Shown: positions 19,743 through 28,856 of the stretch, piece after piece | Layout of the letters: the number at the start of each line of letters is the position of its first letter | How positions within the stretch are numbered: position 1 is the first letter of the stretch | Source: an uncultured candidate division Zixibacteria bacterium | Lineage (GTDB): Bacteria; Zixibacteria; MSB-5A5; UBA10806 | Assembly (NCBI GenBank): GCA_963801605.1 | Contig: CAWDFP010000006.1 | Coordinates: 1,312,001 to 1,376,000, forward strand | DNA length: 64,000 bases | Direction of reading: 5' to 3' | Program-made: the position numbers and the translations under genes | Notes under the pieces: model-generated | Told to the model about the DNA's origin: nothing | The model's database searches: none | What the model saw: the letters and a program-made list of their open reading frames with translations, nothing else

Positions 19743-21416
19743 TTATTTTATAACCATCATTTTTTTGGTTTCCGAAAAAGTGCCTGTCTCAATTCGATAG
19801 AAGTAGGTGCCTGATGGCTGATTGCCGGAGTTCCAGGTAATTTTGTGATAGCCCGCTTCCTGGTAGTTATCAACCAATACCTCTATGCGCCTGCCGGTAA
19901 TGTCATAAACTTCAATGCTAACGTGAGATTGCTCCGGAAGGCCATACGCAATAGTCGTTGTCCCATTAAAAGGATTTGGATAAGATTGTCCAAGAACATA
20001 ATCGGATGGCACAGTCTCGTACTCTTCATCCGTCTCATCTTCAAATTTCGACATAAAAACATTTCCCGCGCGGATTCTAAAATTGCGATTTGATCTGGCG
20101 TTGGCCATATTCCCGAAAGTATCGCGCACTGAAACCCTAACACGGCAAGTTCTCGACGATACATTTGGGACTATCCAATTATATCTATGAGGATCCCCCG
20201 ATGTCCAATCCGCGATCATCGTCCAAATAGTCCCTGCATCGATGCTGTATTCCAGTTTATAGGCCGCTACCCCAACGTTATCATTATCGGTCCATGTGAT
20301 GCTATAGGTATTAAATCCTCTTAAATTTTGGCCACCGTTGGGATTGATTAAGGTTAACGTAGGGATAGTATTATCCCTGATGGTGAAATTAGCATTTGAA
20401 AGATCGCTGCCGATAGCCCCAAAGGCGTCTCTGCATGAAATTCTTATCTTCGCGCTTATTGTGGGATTGGGGGGTACGGTCCAGGCAAAAGTATGAGGAT
20501 CCCCTGTTGTCCAATCGCGAATTATGAGCCAGGTGGCGCCTGAATCAGCCGAATATTCCAGTTTGTGAGAGGCAATCCCGCCGACTACATCGCTATCGGT
20601 CCAGATAATATTATGCGCAGAACCAATATCCCAAATTTCGCTTCCGTTAGGCGCGCCAACTGTAACCAGAGGATTATCGTTTTGCGAACTGGGAACAACA
20701 AAGGAATCCGGTCTGGACCACAGGCTTGAATCGCTTAGATCCCTGGCCATCACCCGACAATGCCAATAGTATTTTACGGCGCGATTTAAGCCCGTGTATG
20801 TTACCATTGCCAGTGAATCTATCAGGCTGTCTGCTGATATTGATGGGTTTGAAAAATTAGATGAGAAATCTAATGCGAATTGGTATTTGATTGGTAACGG
20901 TGCCCCCACCGTATCTGCCTTAAGCGTGGCCGACGCCTGCACTGAATCCATAACGGCCGGCCTTGGATTCGGAGTCATTAGTCCCCCCGCAAATTTCCTG
21001 ATTACATTTGATATTACCGAGACATTACCGGCCCGGTCATAAGTCTTAATGGCGAGATAGTAAGGCGCCCCGCGATTAAGCCCGGAGAATGTAAAGCTCT
21101 GAATTGAGCCCGCAGGAAGAGGAAGCGGTGGATTGGGGATACTTGGAGCCAATCCCCAATTTAATTCCGTAATAATAGTACTTGAGCATTTGATGATATA
21201 ATGATCGGCGGTCCCGTTATTCCCATCATCGCCTGGCGCGGTCCAATGAATAGTCATTTCTCCGGGGACAGTCTCGATTGACGCCGGCGAAAGAGTTATA
21301 TCATCTTTAAAAGCGGGTTGTAGATGTACGGATTGTACAGCATATAATGTTGAGAATTGCAGCCCCCATAATACAATAAAAACCATAAATATGGTTTTTC
21401 GCCTCGATAACGTCAT
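19743..21416 (-). CDS. Secreted Fn3/Ig-repeat protein with YPNPFN-type C-terminal sorting domain
   Basis: Signal peptide, WTAPGDDG Fn3, two PNG..I.W...YS.D.G..W repeats, QSYPNPFN...KKMMVIK. Confidence 0.85.
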   Translation of the reverse strand: MTLSRRKTIFMVFIVLWGLQFSTLYAVQSVHLQPAFKDDITLSPASIETVPGEMTIHWTAPGDDGNNGTADHYIIKCSSTIITELNWGLAPSIPNPPLPLPAGSIQSFTFSGLNRGAPYYLAIKTYDRAGNVSVISNVIRKFAGGLMTPNPRPAVMDSVQASATLKADTVGAPLPIKYQFALDFSSNFSNPSISADSLIDSLAMVTYTGLNRAVKYYWHCRVMARDLSDSSLWSRPDSFVVPSSQNDNPLVTVGAPNGSEIWDIGSAHNIIWTDSDVVGGIASHKLEYSADSGATWLIIRDWTTGDPHTFAWTVPPNPTISAKIRISCRDAFGAIGSDLSNANFTIRDNTIPTLTLINPNGGQNLRGFNTYSITWTDNDNVGVAAYKLEYSIDAGTIWTMIADWTSGDPHRYNWIVPNVSSRTCRVRVSVRDTFGNMANARSNRNFRIRAGNVFMSKFEDETDEEYETVPSDYVLGQSYPNPFNGTTTIAYGLPEQSHVSIEVYDITGRRIEVLVDNYQEAGYHKITWNSGNQPSGTYFYRIETGTFSETKKMMVIK

Positions 21417-22336
21417 TCATCCTCCTTGAACTAAACTTGTTGACGTCTTTACAGCCCGCTTTTCACCGTCAAACGGACTTTTTTATTTTGGCGATTATTT
21501 TATTAATTAGATCGTAGATATTTCTCTGGGAAATCGATGCGATCTAATTCAATTTAGTTTATTTCGTCGAAGTTGAATCCCTCATTCAACAATTGACGAA
21601 TTTGCTCAATAGGCTTCCTCCATATTCATCCATTTCGTAATTATCGAGCTCACAATCAAAATTAATGCCATGAATTTAGCTACGGCACAATAAACGACCG
21701 CCTTGTATCTGCATTGAACTCCTTATATTTAAGGACTTCAATACACCTTGGCTTTGGGCCAGCCCGCCTTTTGTCTTAAATTATTATTGTTACGAACTAG
21801 AGGATACTCAACACGAACTATTTGTACTATTTAAGAAGTCGCAGAAGAACCCTTAAAGCATCCCACCAATTACAACTTAACCGGCTCAGTCATATATCTC
21901 ACGGCCGGTCGCACGCCCCTTCTGAGAGCCTGCCTAACGCATATAGTGCATTAATCATCAGCTCGTCAAGAGTTATTTGTAACATTCCTAAAATATTGTT
22001 ACTAACACTTGTGTTACATAATTATCTATACTTATTTGGGATACACGGGATATTTTGAAGATTATTTTTATGCCGTAATCCTCTTAAAAAATTAAAAAAC
22101 TATTATATTTCCCGTTATAAAATGATTTGATCAGAATTTTCAATCGAAAGTCTTCGAACTTGGGCAATAAGTGTATCTAAAACCTTAGATCGATATTCAA
22201 ATATATAGGTGTCGACCGATTTATATGATTTTAGCCCTATTAAATTGAATGAAGATGCATCCGCCCTGAGTGAATAATCCAAGGTAGACTTCTAATTACA
22301 CACTCCTCTCTATAAACAGATATATCTAAAATTTTC

Positions 22337-22385
22337 TCCACGCTCTTAAATGTCCTCAAAACGCGTTCAAAGTGCATTTTGATTT
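22337..22385 (+). promoter_or_regulatory. Conserved upstream element of the packaging operon (copy 2)
   Basis: TCCACGCTCTTA-N9-AAAACGCGTTCAAAGTGCATTTTGATTT; both blocks identical to copy 1. Confidence 0.8.
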
Positions 22386-22429
22386 CCCAAGCCTATAAAA
22401 GTGAAGAGATGATGAAAGGAGAATCGTTA

Positions 22430-23710
22430 ATGTTTGGATTTAAGAAAATACCTAAGGTACCACAGGGTAATCTAGCTGCCAATGCCCGAATGATCAAAGC
22501 GCATCAAGCGCGTGAAAAGGCGGGATCGCCGTTAAAATCCGGATCTGCAACCATTTCTTTTCCCGCAGAATATGGTTTTGCGGAAAGGGTAACGCTTTAT
22601 CGATTTCTAAGAGAGAATATCCCAATTATAAGCGGCGCCATCTGGATTTGGTCCCGCCTCTGTGCCAGTCCAATGGAATTCCAGTTAAGCGGAGGCCCCA
22701 GCAAGCATAATATCGCTTTGCTCAAATCGCATTTAGACAAACTTAATACTCTGCTTTCGCCCAACGCTTACTATAAATCCGGCGGCCTGGACAGGCTTTG
22801 CGATCTCTTTTTCAGTTCCCTTTTTATCGATGGCGCCTTTGCTGGAAATATCGAGATCGATCAATCCGGAAAATTGGCCGGTTTTACTCCCTGCGATATT
22901 AGAAATTTATCTTTCGAATCTGATAATGGTCAAAACGGTTATCCCGGATGGAAAATATATCGCCAAATCGAGGGCAATCGGGAGCTTCTCGATCCCGCTA
23001 CTTTCATCTACATCCCTCTTGATGATGATGCTTGCGATCCTCGTGGCAAAAGCATATTGCAGTCGGTCGGTTTTGTCAGCCGGTTGGAACAAAAACTTCT
23101 CGACGATATGCAAAAATCGCAGGAAAAAGCCGGGTATAACAGGTTACATGTTCTTATTAAAAAACCCGAAAGGCGTTTAGGCGAAACCGAGCAAAATTAT
23201 ATCGATCGCGCTAACGGCTATTTCGATGATACCGTCACGCTTTTTTCCGGAATCAAACCATCAGATTCGGCAGTCACCTGGGATGATATCGAAATTAAGA
23301 CAATCGGGCCATCGTCGGGCGCGGGAAGCGCCAGCAACTCCTGGTATCTCTCGCATCGGGCGCTGGTCGAGGATATCTGCGCCGGTGTGCATCTCGATCC
23401 ATTCATGTTAGGCTATTCTTACTCATCGACCCAAACCTGGGCCAGGTTCAAATTCGAGCTTGTTCTACGTGAGATTATATCAGTCCAGAAGCAGGCGGCC
23501 AAATTTTTCGAATGGCTGGTCAACACTCATCTGGCCCTTGAGGGTTCAAGTTCGGCAGTATCTGTCAAATTCGATAACGATCGGGTTAATAGTGTTCTTG
23601 AAAAATACCGTGCCGAGCGTGAAGCCAGCGATCGGGTTATCGAGTTATTCAAGGCTGGCCTTCTTACCAGGGAAGAGGCTCGCGAAAAAATCAATGAAAG
23701 GATCGATTGA
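22430..23710 (+). CDS. Phage portal protein
   Basis: LYRFLRENIPIISGAI, SLFIDGAF, DPRGKSILQ, ICAGVHLDPFMLG, GLLTREEARE; ATG 22430 after AAGGAG; upstream of terminase. Confidence 0.8.
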   Translation: MFGFKKIPKVPQGNLAANARMIKAHQAREKAGSPLKSGSATISFPAEYGFAERVTLYRFLRENIPIISGAIWIWSRLCASPMEFQLSGGPSKHNIALLKSHLDKLNTLLSPNAYYKSGGLDRLCDLFFSSLFIDGAFAGNIEIDQSGKLAGFTPCDIRNLSFESDNGQNGYPGWKIYRQIEGNRELLDPATFIYIPLDDDACDPRGKSILQSVGFVSRLEQKLLDDMQKSQEKAGYNRLHVLIKKPERRLGETEQNYIDRANGYFDDTVTLFSGIKPSDSAVTWDDIEIKTIGPSSGAGSASNSWYLSHRALVEDICAGVHLDPFMLGYSYSSTQTWARFKFELVLREIISVQKQAAKFFEWLVNTHLALEGSSSAVSVKFDNDRVNSVLEKYRAEREASDRVIELFKAGLLTREEAREKINERID

Positions 23711-23712
23711 CC

Positions 23713-24048
23713 ATGCAGCCATCCTCATGCGCCATCTGCGATTCGCCATTGCGCTCCGAAATCGAAAAACTTGATTCCCAATGGAACGACATTCATACTG
23801 TTCAGTGGGCCCGTAAACAAGGACTAAATATCAGTCGTTTTTCGCTTGTAAAACATCGAACCAACCATTTGCAATCAGCGGCCCCCGGAAATAATGGCAA
23901 CGGCGGGAAAACACTTGATAATAAACCCGCAGAGATTGTCGTGCTTAAACCGTTAAAGTCTGCTATTAAGGAAATGGTACAACCATCGGAAAATAATATT
24001 CCGAAAACAAAACGTAAAAATAATGGCCAACGGCATTCCCGAAAATAG
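23713..24048 (+). CDS. CxxC...HxxxH Zn/HTH-like protein, candidate terminase small subunit N-terminal part
   Basis: CAICDSPLRSEIE...ISRFSLVKHRTNH; lies between portal and TerL. Confidence 0.55.
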   Translation: MQPSSCAICDSPLRSEIEKLDSQWNDIHTVQWARKQGLNISRFSLVKHRTNHLQSAAPGNNGNGGKTLDNKPAEIVVLKPLKSAIKEMVQPSENNIPKTKRKNNGQRHSRK

Positions 24049-24364
24049 ATCGGTAAAGCCCGTTGATACAATATCCTCTGTGGAAAACTCCCAACCCGAA
24101 GCAAATTCGAACACAACTAAATCGGAACCGTTGATAGAAAAAGCAGTCCCCGCGAAATCGCATACTACTATTACCGATCAATTGCTTCTCGACACAGTGC
24201 GAGATCAGGTTTACCAAAAACTCGTTAGTGGCGAAATCAATCTCGGATTGAGTGATGGTTTCAAGGCAATCGAGATCAAGCACAAGATTGCCGAGGGATC
24301 GCAAAATGAGAAGCTGCTTCTGGAGATCTTAAGCGAGATCCGTTCTCAGGAGCTGGCAACCTGA
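24023..24364 (+). CDS. Helical protein, candidate terminase small subunit C-terminal part (may be fused to the upstream ORF)
   Basis: Low-complexity linker then DQLLLDTVRDQVYQKL..DGFKAIEIK helices; no RBS, overlap follows an A-run. Confidence 0.5.
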   Translation: MANGIPENRSVKPVDTISSVENSQPEANSNTTKSEPLIEKAVPAKSHTTITDQLLLDTVRDQVYQKLVSGEINLGLSDGFKAIEIKHKIAEGSQNEKLLLEILSEIRSQELAT

Positions 24365-24366
24365 TA

Positions 24367-24504
24367 GCCATTGCGAGGTCTCCGGTCTAAGAGACTGAAG
24401 ACAGTGGCAATCGCCTGGCACAACGCTGTATTGCGAATAAGCGCATTATATCCCGGCCAGGCGATTGCCACTCCCCAACATTTCATGTCGGGGCTCGCAA
24501 TGGC
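24367..24504. repeat. 138-bp palindromic (MITE/RPE-like) element
   Basis: Outer GCCATTGCGAG/CTCGCAATGGC (11 bp) and inner AGTGGCAATCGCCTGGC/GCCAGGCGATTGCCACT (17 bp) perfect inverted repeats. Confidence 0.8.
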
Positions 24505-24530
24505 CGCGGGCAGCCCGTTGGCATACCCTG

Positions 24531-25937
24531 ATGACAAATACGAGTACAAAACATCGTAACTGGCGACGAGCGATAAAGGACCCGGTCTACTTTGCGCGCG
24601 CTTTTTTGGGATTGGAGCCTCATCCGGGCCAGGCGCGCTGGCTTTGCGCAAGCACTGGCAGCGAAAACGCGCTCGTTACCGGAAATCGTTGGGGCAAATC
24701 GGAGATTCAGGCCGTTAAGCTGTTACATCGAGCGCTCTTTCAAATCCGGCCTACGGAGTGTGATGTCAAAGACTGTTATCGCTGCGTCAATGTGTCGATT
24801 ACTCAGGATCAGGCCGGGATTATTTTCGGCAAGGCCACGTCACTTATCAGCCGGTCGCGCCCGCTCCAGGCAATGGTGAAAGAGATTAAACAAACACCAT
24901 TTCCGCATATTGAACTGAAGAATGGTTCCGAGATATGGGCGCGTTCCTCGCATAACAGGGGTGAATATCTGCTTGGCCATGACTTCGATTATATCAATTT
25001 CGATGAGGCTGCCTATGAACCGTTCGGGGAATGGGTTGTTGATGGTGTTATCAAGATGCGCTTGGCGGATCGCCAGGGGACTCTCGATTTCTCATCGACT
25101 CCAAATGGGCTCAACTGGTTTTACAGGCGCTGCCAGAAGATTGAAAAGGATAAGCGCGGCCATATTCAGCACGGTTCGACATTTGAAAATCCACACCTGT
25201 CTCAGAAATATTTAGCCGATCTTAGGGAATCGCTATCGGAATCCCGGGCCGCTCAGCATCTTTATGGCAAGTTCACTTCGTTTGAGGGACGATTATTTCC
25301 TGAGGAGATTATACAGCGCTGTCTGATAACAAATGCCGGGTGGCATGCTTGTCCCGATCTTAATCGGGATAAGCATGGTAGATCGGGTTCCGAGTCCCGA
25401 ACTTATCAGGACGAGAAACCCGAAAGCCCGTCCAGTGGATTCTTCATTCATGGTTGGGATCTGGCGCGCAAGGTTACATATACTGTTGGAATATCACTTG
25501 ATACTACAAAGCGTCCATTCCGAGTTGTAAACATCGTCCGTATGCAGCGCGAATGGCCGGTGACTATTAAATCTATCAAGGATATTCATGCCAGGTATGG
25601 CGGCATTACGATTATCGATTCCACCGGCTTAGGGGATGTGGTTCTCTCGGAACTTGGGGATATCGGGGCAATTGGTTTTAATTTCGGAGGCGGCAATCGC
25701 GATCTGCTTTTGGCCAACTTTGAACGGGCCATTTACGCCGGTGAGGTGCTCTGGCCCGATATTGAAATTCCCGATGATAACGGTGGTACCTGGAGCTTAA
25801 CCGACGAGATTCGGGCGATGGATAAATCATATGAGAATGTTGGTGATGGCGTTTGCGCGCTGGCCTTGGCGCTCTGGCAGGTCAGACAGCGATCATCCGA
25901 CCTGCCGTTTCTGAAATCAGCCGTTGGAAGTTTTTAA
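24531..25937 (+). CDS. terL: Terminase large subunit
   Basis: PHPGQ, Walker A GNRWGKS, Walker B FDEAA, C-motif STP, nuclease GWDLAR, IDSTGLG, DGVCALALA; start uncertain. Confidence 0.92.
   Translation: MTNTSTKHRNWRRAIKDPVYFARAFLGLEPHPGQARWLCASTGSENALVTGNRWGKSEIQAVKLLHRALFQIRPTECDVKDCYRCVNVSITQDQAGIIFGKATSLISRSRPLQAMVKEIKQTPFPHIELKNGSEIWARSSHNRGEYLLGHDFDYINFDEAAYEPFGEWVVDGVIKMRLADRQGTLDFSSTPNGLNWFYRRCQKIEKDKRGHIQHGSTFENPHLSQKYLADLRESLSESRAAQHLYGKFTSFEGRLFPEEIIQRCLITNAGWHACPDLNRDKHGRSGSESRTYQDEKPESPSSGFFIHGWDLARKVTYTVGISLDTTKRPFRVVNIVRMQREWPVTIKSIKDIHARYGGITIIDSTGLGDVVLSELGDIGAIGFNFGGGNRDLLLANFERAIYAGEVLWPDIEIPDDNGGTWSLTDEIRAMDKSYENVGDGVCALALALWQVRQRSSDLPFLKSAVGSF
25344..25423. repeat. Tandem palindromes inside terL
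   Basis: CATGCTTGTCCCGAT-CTTA-ATCGGGATAAGCATG, then GTAGA-TCGGGTT...AACCCGA with nested GTCCCGA/TCAGGAC. Confidence 0.7.
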
Positions 25938-25991
25938 TATTGCTGAGGATTTGCTGTATTCACTCTTACCCCAATCCTCATTATTCAGTCC

Positions 25992-27272
25992 TTACAACCC
26001 CGGCGGGCACTCGGGACAATAGAGTAAACTCGGCGCCCAACCCTTCAGGACAATCACGAAATACATGATATCAAGCCCGTTAAATACGCAATCGCCGTTA
26101 ACATCTCCGCCTGCGTAAAAAGGATCAGGCTGATTCGGACAATAGGGATGACAGTCTATCGCCGGGCGCGGCCCGCCCTTGAAATAGCCAACCATGTAGG
26201 TCACATCGAGACCGTTGAAATTTCCGCTGCCATTTACGTCGCCGGGAGTATAAGGGCAAAGTATTAATGAATCCTGCAATTGGAAATCAACCAGGGTCGT
26301 TTGGTCTGAATACACTTGAATGTTGTATTGAGTTTGAGGGAAAAATCCCGCTTTATAGGCCGTGACATCATATAGCACGGTCTGCATATCGAGTAGTGTG
26401 TAAAAGCCTTCAGGCGACGTGGTGTCGGTATAAATAAAACCACCTTCTATGGGATTAGCCACAACTACCGCACCCTCGATTGGCGTCTCACCATCTGTTT
26501 CTCTAACATTTCCGGAGATTATCCCGATAGGCGGGGGAGGGATGCGCACTAAAACGAAATCGACTATCGGATGATCGCATTCTGTTACAAAGACCGGCGA
26601 TGATATCTGAGTTATATAACCATCTTTGGATGCTTCCACTGAGTAGAGGCTTTGTTCGAGAGACATGGCTCCGTAGTAACCTTCAGCGTTCGTCGTATCT
26701 TCCCAAACTGGAGAGCCGTCCTGAAGAATCCTCACGGTTGCCCCGCTTAACGGCCCTTGCCCGGCTTCGAATACATGCCCCGAGATAGATTCGGCCTGCG
26801 GTGGAGAAAGAGTGAGATCGAAAGTATAATGCCCGGAGTAATTGTTGTACCCATCAATTACGAAATAATAGGTATGGCCCGGTTCCAGCGGCAGGCAACT
26901 TATACCCGAAATGAACTCAGAATACTGATTGGAGCAGAAATCATCGTTGCACGCGATAATATTATCGGGGCTATCTTCAAAAATATATAGCCTGGTATCA
27001 AAATTGGTCCCGGCGCAGAGGAATACCATGACGATTGTAAAATCGGTTGGAGTAAAGCTGTAAACTACGTCCGGTGCGCCGGTATCGGTACCGCAGTTGC
27101 CGGTGTAGTCGTTGGTGTAACCTGTTGTTGTGCCCGTATCGCTGAAGGGAAGAGAATTGATGACAAAGGCAGTATTGATATTGTCGCCGCCCTGTAGAGT
27201 TGTTTGCGCTAATGCCATAACGCTCCAACTGCAAACCAATGATATGGCAATAAACATTTTTGAGGAATGCAT
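25992..27272 (-). CDS. Secreted protein with carboxypeptidase-regulatory-like repeats and a dockerin-like C-terminus
   Basis: Signal peptide; PDVVY..DT.LY..CNDD domain; duplicated GDVNG..FNGLD. Confidence 0.85.
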   Translation of the reverse strand: MHSSKMFIAISLVCSWSVMALAQTTLQGGDNINTAFVINSLPFSDTGTTTGYTNDYTGNCGTDTGAPDVVYSFTPTDFTIVMVFLCAGTNFDTRLYIFEDSPDNIIACNDDFCSNQYSEFISGISCLPLEPGHTYYFVIDGYNNYSGHYTFDLTLSPPQAESISGHVFEAGQGPLSGATVRILQDGSPVWEDTTNAEGYYGAMSLEQSLYSVEASKDGYITQISSPVFVTECDHPIVDFVLVRIPPPPIGIISGNVRETDGETPIEGAVVVANPIEGGFIYTDTTSPEGFYTLLDMQTVLYDVTAYKAGFFPQTQYNIQVYSDQTTLVDFQLQDSLILCPYTPGDVNGSGNFNGLDVTYMVGYFKGGPRPAIDCHPYCPNQPDPFYAGGDVNGDCVFNGLDIMYFVIVLKGWAPSLLYCPECPPGL

Positions 27273-27304
27273 GTTACACCTCCTCGTTTAAAATAATCAT
27301 GAGT

Positions 27305-28582
27305 TTATGGCGGACAATTGGGACATGGATGGCATGTCGGGCCGCCCTTGAAAAAACTTACCATGTATGTAATATCTAAGCCGTTAAAAGAGCACGAACC
27401 ATTGACATCACCGGCGGCATACAAATATTGGCCGGGAAGAATTTCAGCTTGAAAGGGAGGGGGAGGCCCCGTTCCCTTGAAGTAATTCATACAGTATATC
27501 ACATCGAGGCCGTCGAAGACGCCATTGTCATTTACATCGCCCAACAGATAGTAATAATAATAAGGAAAAGCCCAGGTATCATTGAATATGGTTAGACTGT
27601 CTCTGCCCCCAACGAGAAATGCTGTTGCATAGGCGTCAGTGCAATACGCCATGGCCGCTTTGGACCGAGCTCGAGGCGGGTTAAACACGAATAATTCCTG
27701 CCATTCGTTTTCAGCATCTGGGCTATCGAATTGCCAGGTATCGCGAAACACAGTTTCAAGACTATTGGACGCCTGACCGCCAAAAAGATAGACATCCTCG
27801 TAATTATAGCCGATAGCATGGCCGATTCTGGCGTAAGGGGAATCTCCTGTTATTTGCAGTTGACTCCAGGCATCTCCATCCCATTGCCAGGTATCATTAT
27901 AAATAGTGCTGTCATAAGCTGCCTGACCGCCGAAAAGAACACAGGAACTCGCTGGATACCTTAGCCTGTATGCCATCTCCGACATGAACCTCGGAGGCGG
28001 GCCGATTGCGGTTCGCCGTTGCCAACCGTTTGCAAAATCCCATTCCCAGGTATCGCCGTAAACGCTGTCGTTTCCGATGCCGCCGAAGAGAATTACTTTT
28101 CGCTGATTAAGATCATAAGTGTATCCAAAATATGCTCTGGGTGATGGCCCCGTGGAGTCGATTTTAGTCCATGAGGTCCCATTCCAAATCCAGGTATCAT
28201 TCAAATATTGCCCCGCCTGATTGATGCCTCCGAATAGGATGGTACCGGAGTCAGGAAACGCATGCCACATTCCATGCCCTGCGCGTCCTTCGGGTCCGGT
28301 CGCATCGATACAAATCCAGGCGCCGGGATTCGATGCGGGGAGTTCCCAAACATCAGCGGGCATTTGGCCTGAAGAATCCTTGCCTCCAAATAACACTACT
28401 GTACTTCGTAACAGGTCGGTGGAGCATTTGTGATCATATCGGGCAGGAGCATTCGAATTTATTAGACGCCACCTGAGCGCTACAGGATTTGCCTGAATAT
28501 CAAAAGTAAAGGTGAATGAAAAAATTACCAATAGCGCCGAAGTAAATATCAATCTTGAAACCAATTTACCGGGTATTTTCAT
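27305..28582 (-). CDS. Secreted Kelch-repeat protein with a dockerin-like C-terminus
   Basis: Repeated LFGG...NDTW.W; GDVNDNG/GDVNGS; ATG 28582 after GGAGGAG. Confidence 0.88.
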   Translation of the reverse strand: MKIPGKLVSRLIFTSALLVIFSFTFTFDIQANPVALRWRLINSNAPARYDHKCSTDLLRSTVVLFGGKDSSGQMPADVWELPASNPGAWICIDATGPEGRAGHGMWHAFPDSGTILFGGINQAGQYLNDTWIWNGTSWTKIDSTGPSPRAYFGYTYDLNQRKVILFGGIGNDSVYGDTWEWDFANGWQRRTAIGPPPRFMSEMAYRLRYPASSCVLFGGQAAYDSTIYNDTWQWDGDAWSQLQITGDSPYARIGHAIGYNYEDVYLFGGQASNSLETVFRDTWQFDSPDAENEWQELFVFNPPRARSKAAMAYCTDAYATAFLVGGRDSLTIFNDTWAFPYYYYYLLGDVNDNGVFDGLDVIYCMNYFKGTGPPPPFQAEILPGQYLYAAGDVNGSCSFNGLDITYMVSFFKGGPTCHPCPNCPP

Positions 28583-28699
28583 TACTCCTCCGTGTAAGGA
28601 GTTTTTAAACAGATACAAAGGATAACAAAAGATATTAAATCAGGAATTTAATAGATGTCAAGTAAATTATGGAGTTTATTTATTCTATTTCAAGCGACT

Positions 28700-28830
28700 A
28701 AATAATAAAGGCCGGTCTCAAGGAGGATGCTCAAAAACCGGCCTTTAAAACTTGGACAGAGGTGTACCTGTCCGATAAGTGTTGGCTTTTTCCATTTAAC
28801 AGGGAATTAAACAGTGCCAATTCTTATCGC
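28700..28830 (-). ncRNA. Candidate small RNA 2
   Basis: CGATAAG..TTGGC/GCCAA..CTTATCG stem, GGACAG/CTGTCC hairpin, terminator AAAGGCCGGT...CCTCCT..ACCGGCCTTT-ATTATTT. Confidence 0.55.
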
Positions 28831-28840
28831 TGTAACAAAC

Positions 28841-28856
28841 TGCAATAATTATGCCC
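28841..28856 (-). promoter_or_regulatory. Sigma54-type promoter
   Basis: GGGCAT-AATTA-TTGCA (GG-N10-GC). Confidence 0.55.

Noticed and set aside
21654..21671. Sigma54-like TGGCAT-TAATT-TTGAT on the minus strand
   Set aside because: Lacks the conserved GC at -12; too weak to call
1..25937. One contiguous 26-kb prophage
   Set aside because: The interval between the modules holds host-type genes, and no integrase, att pair or replication genes are visible
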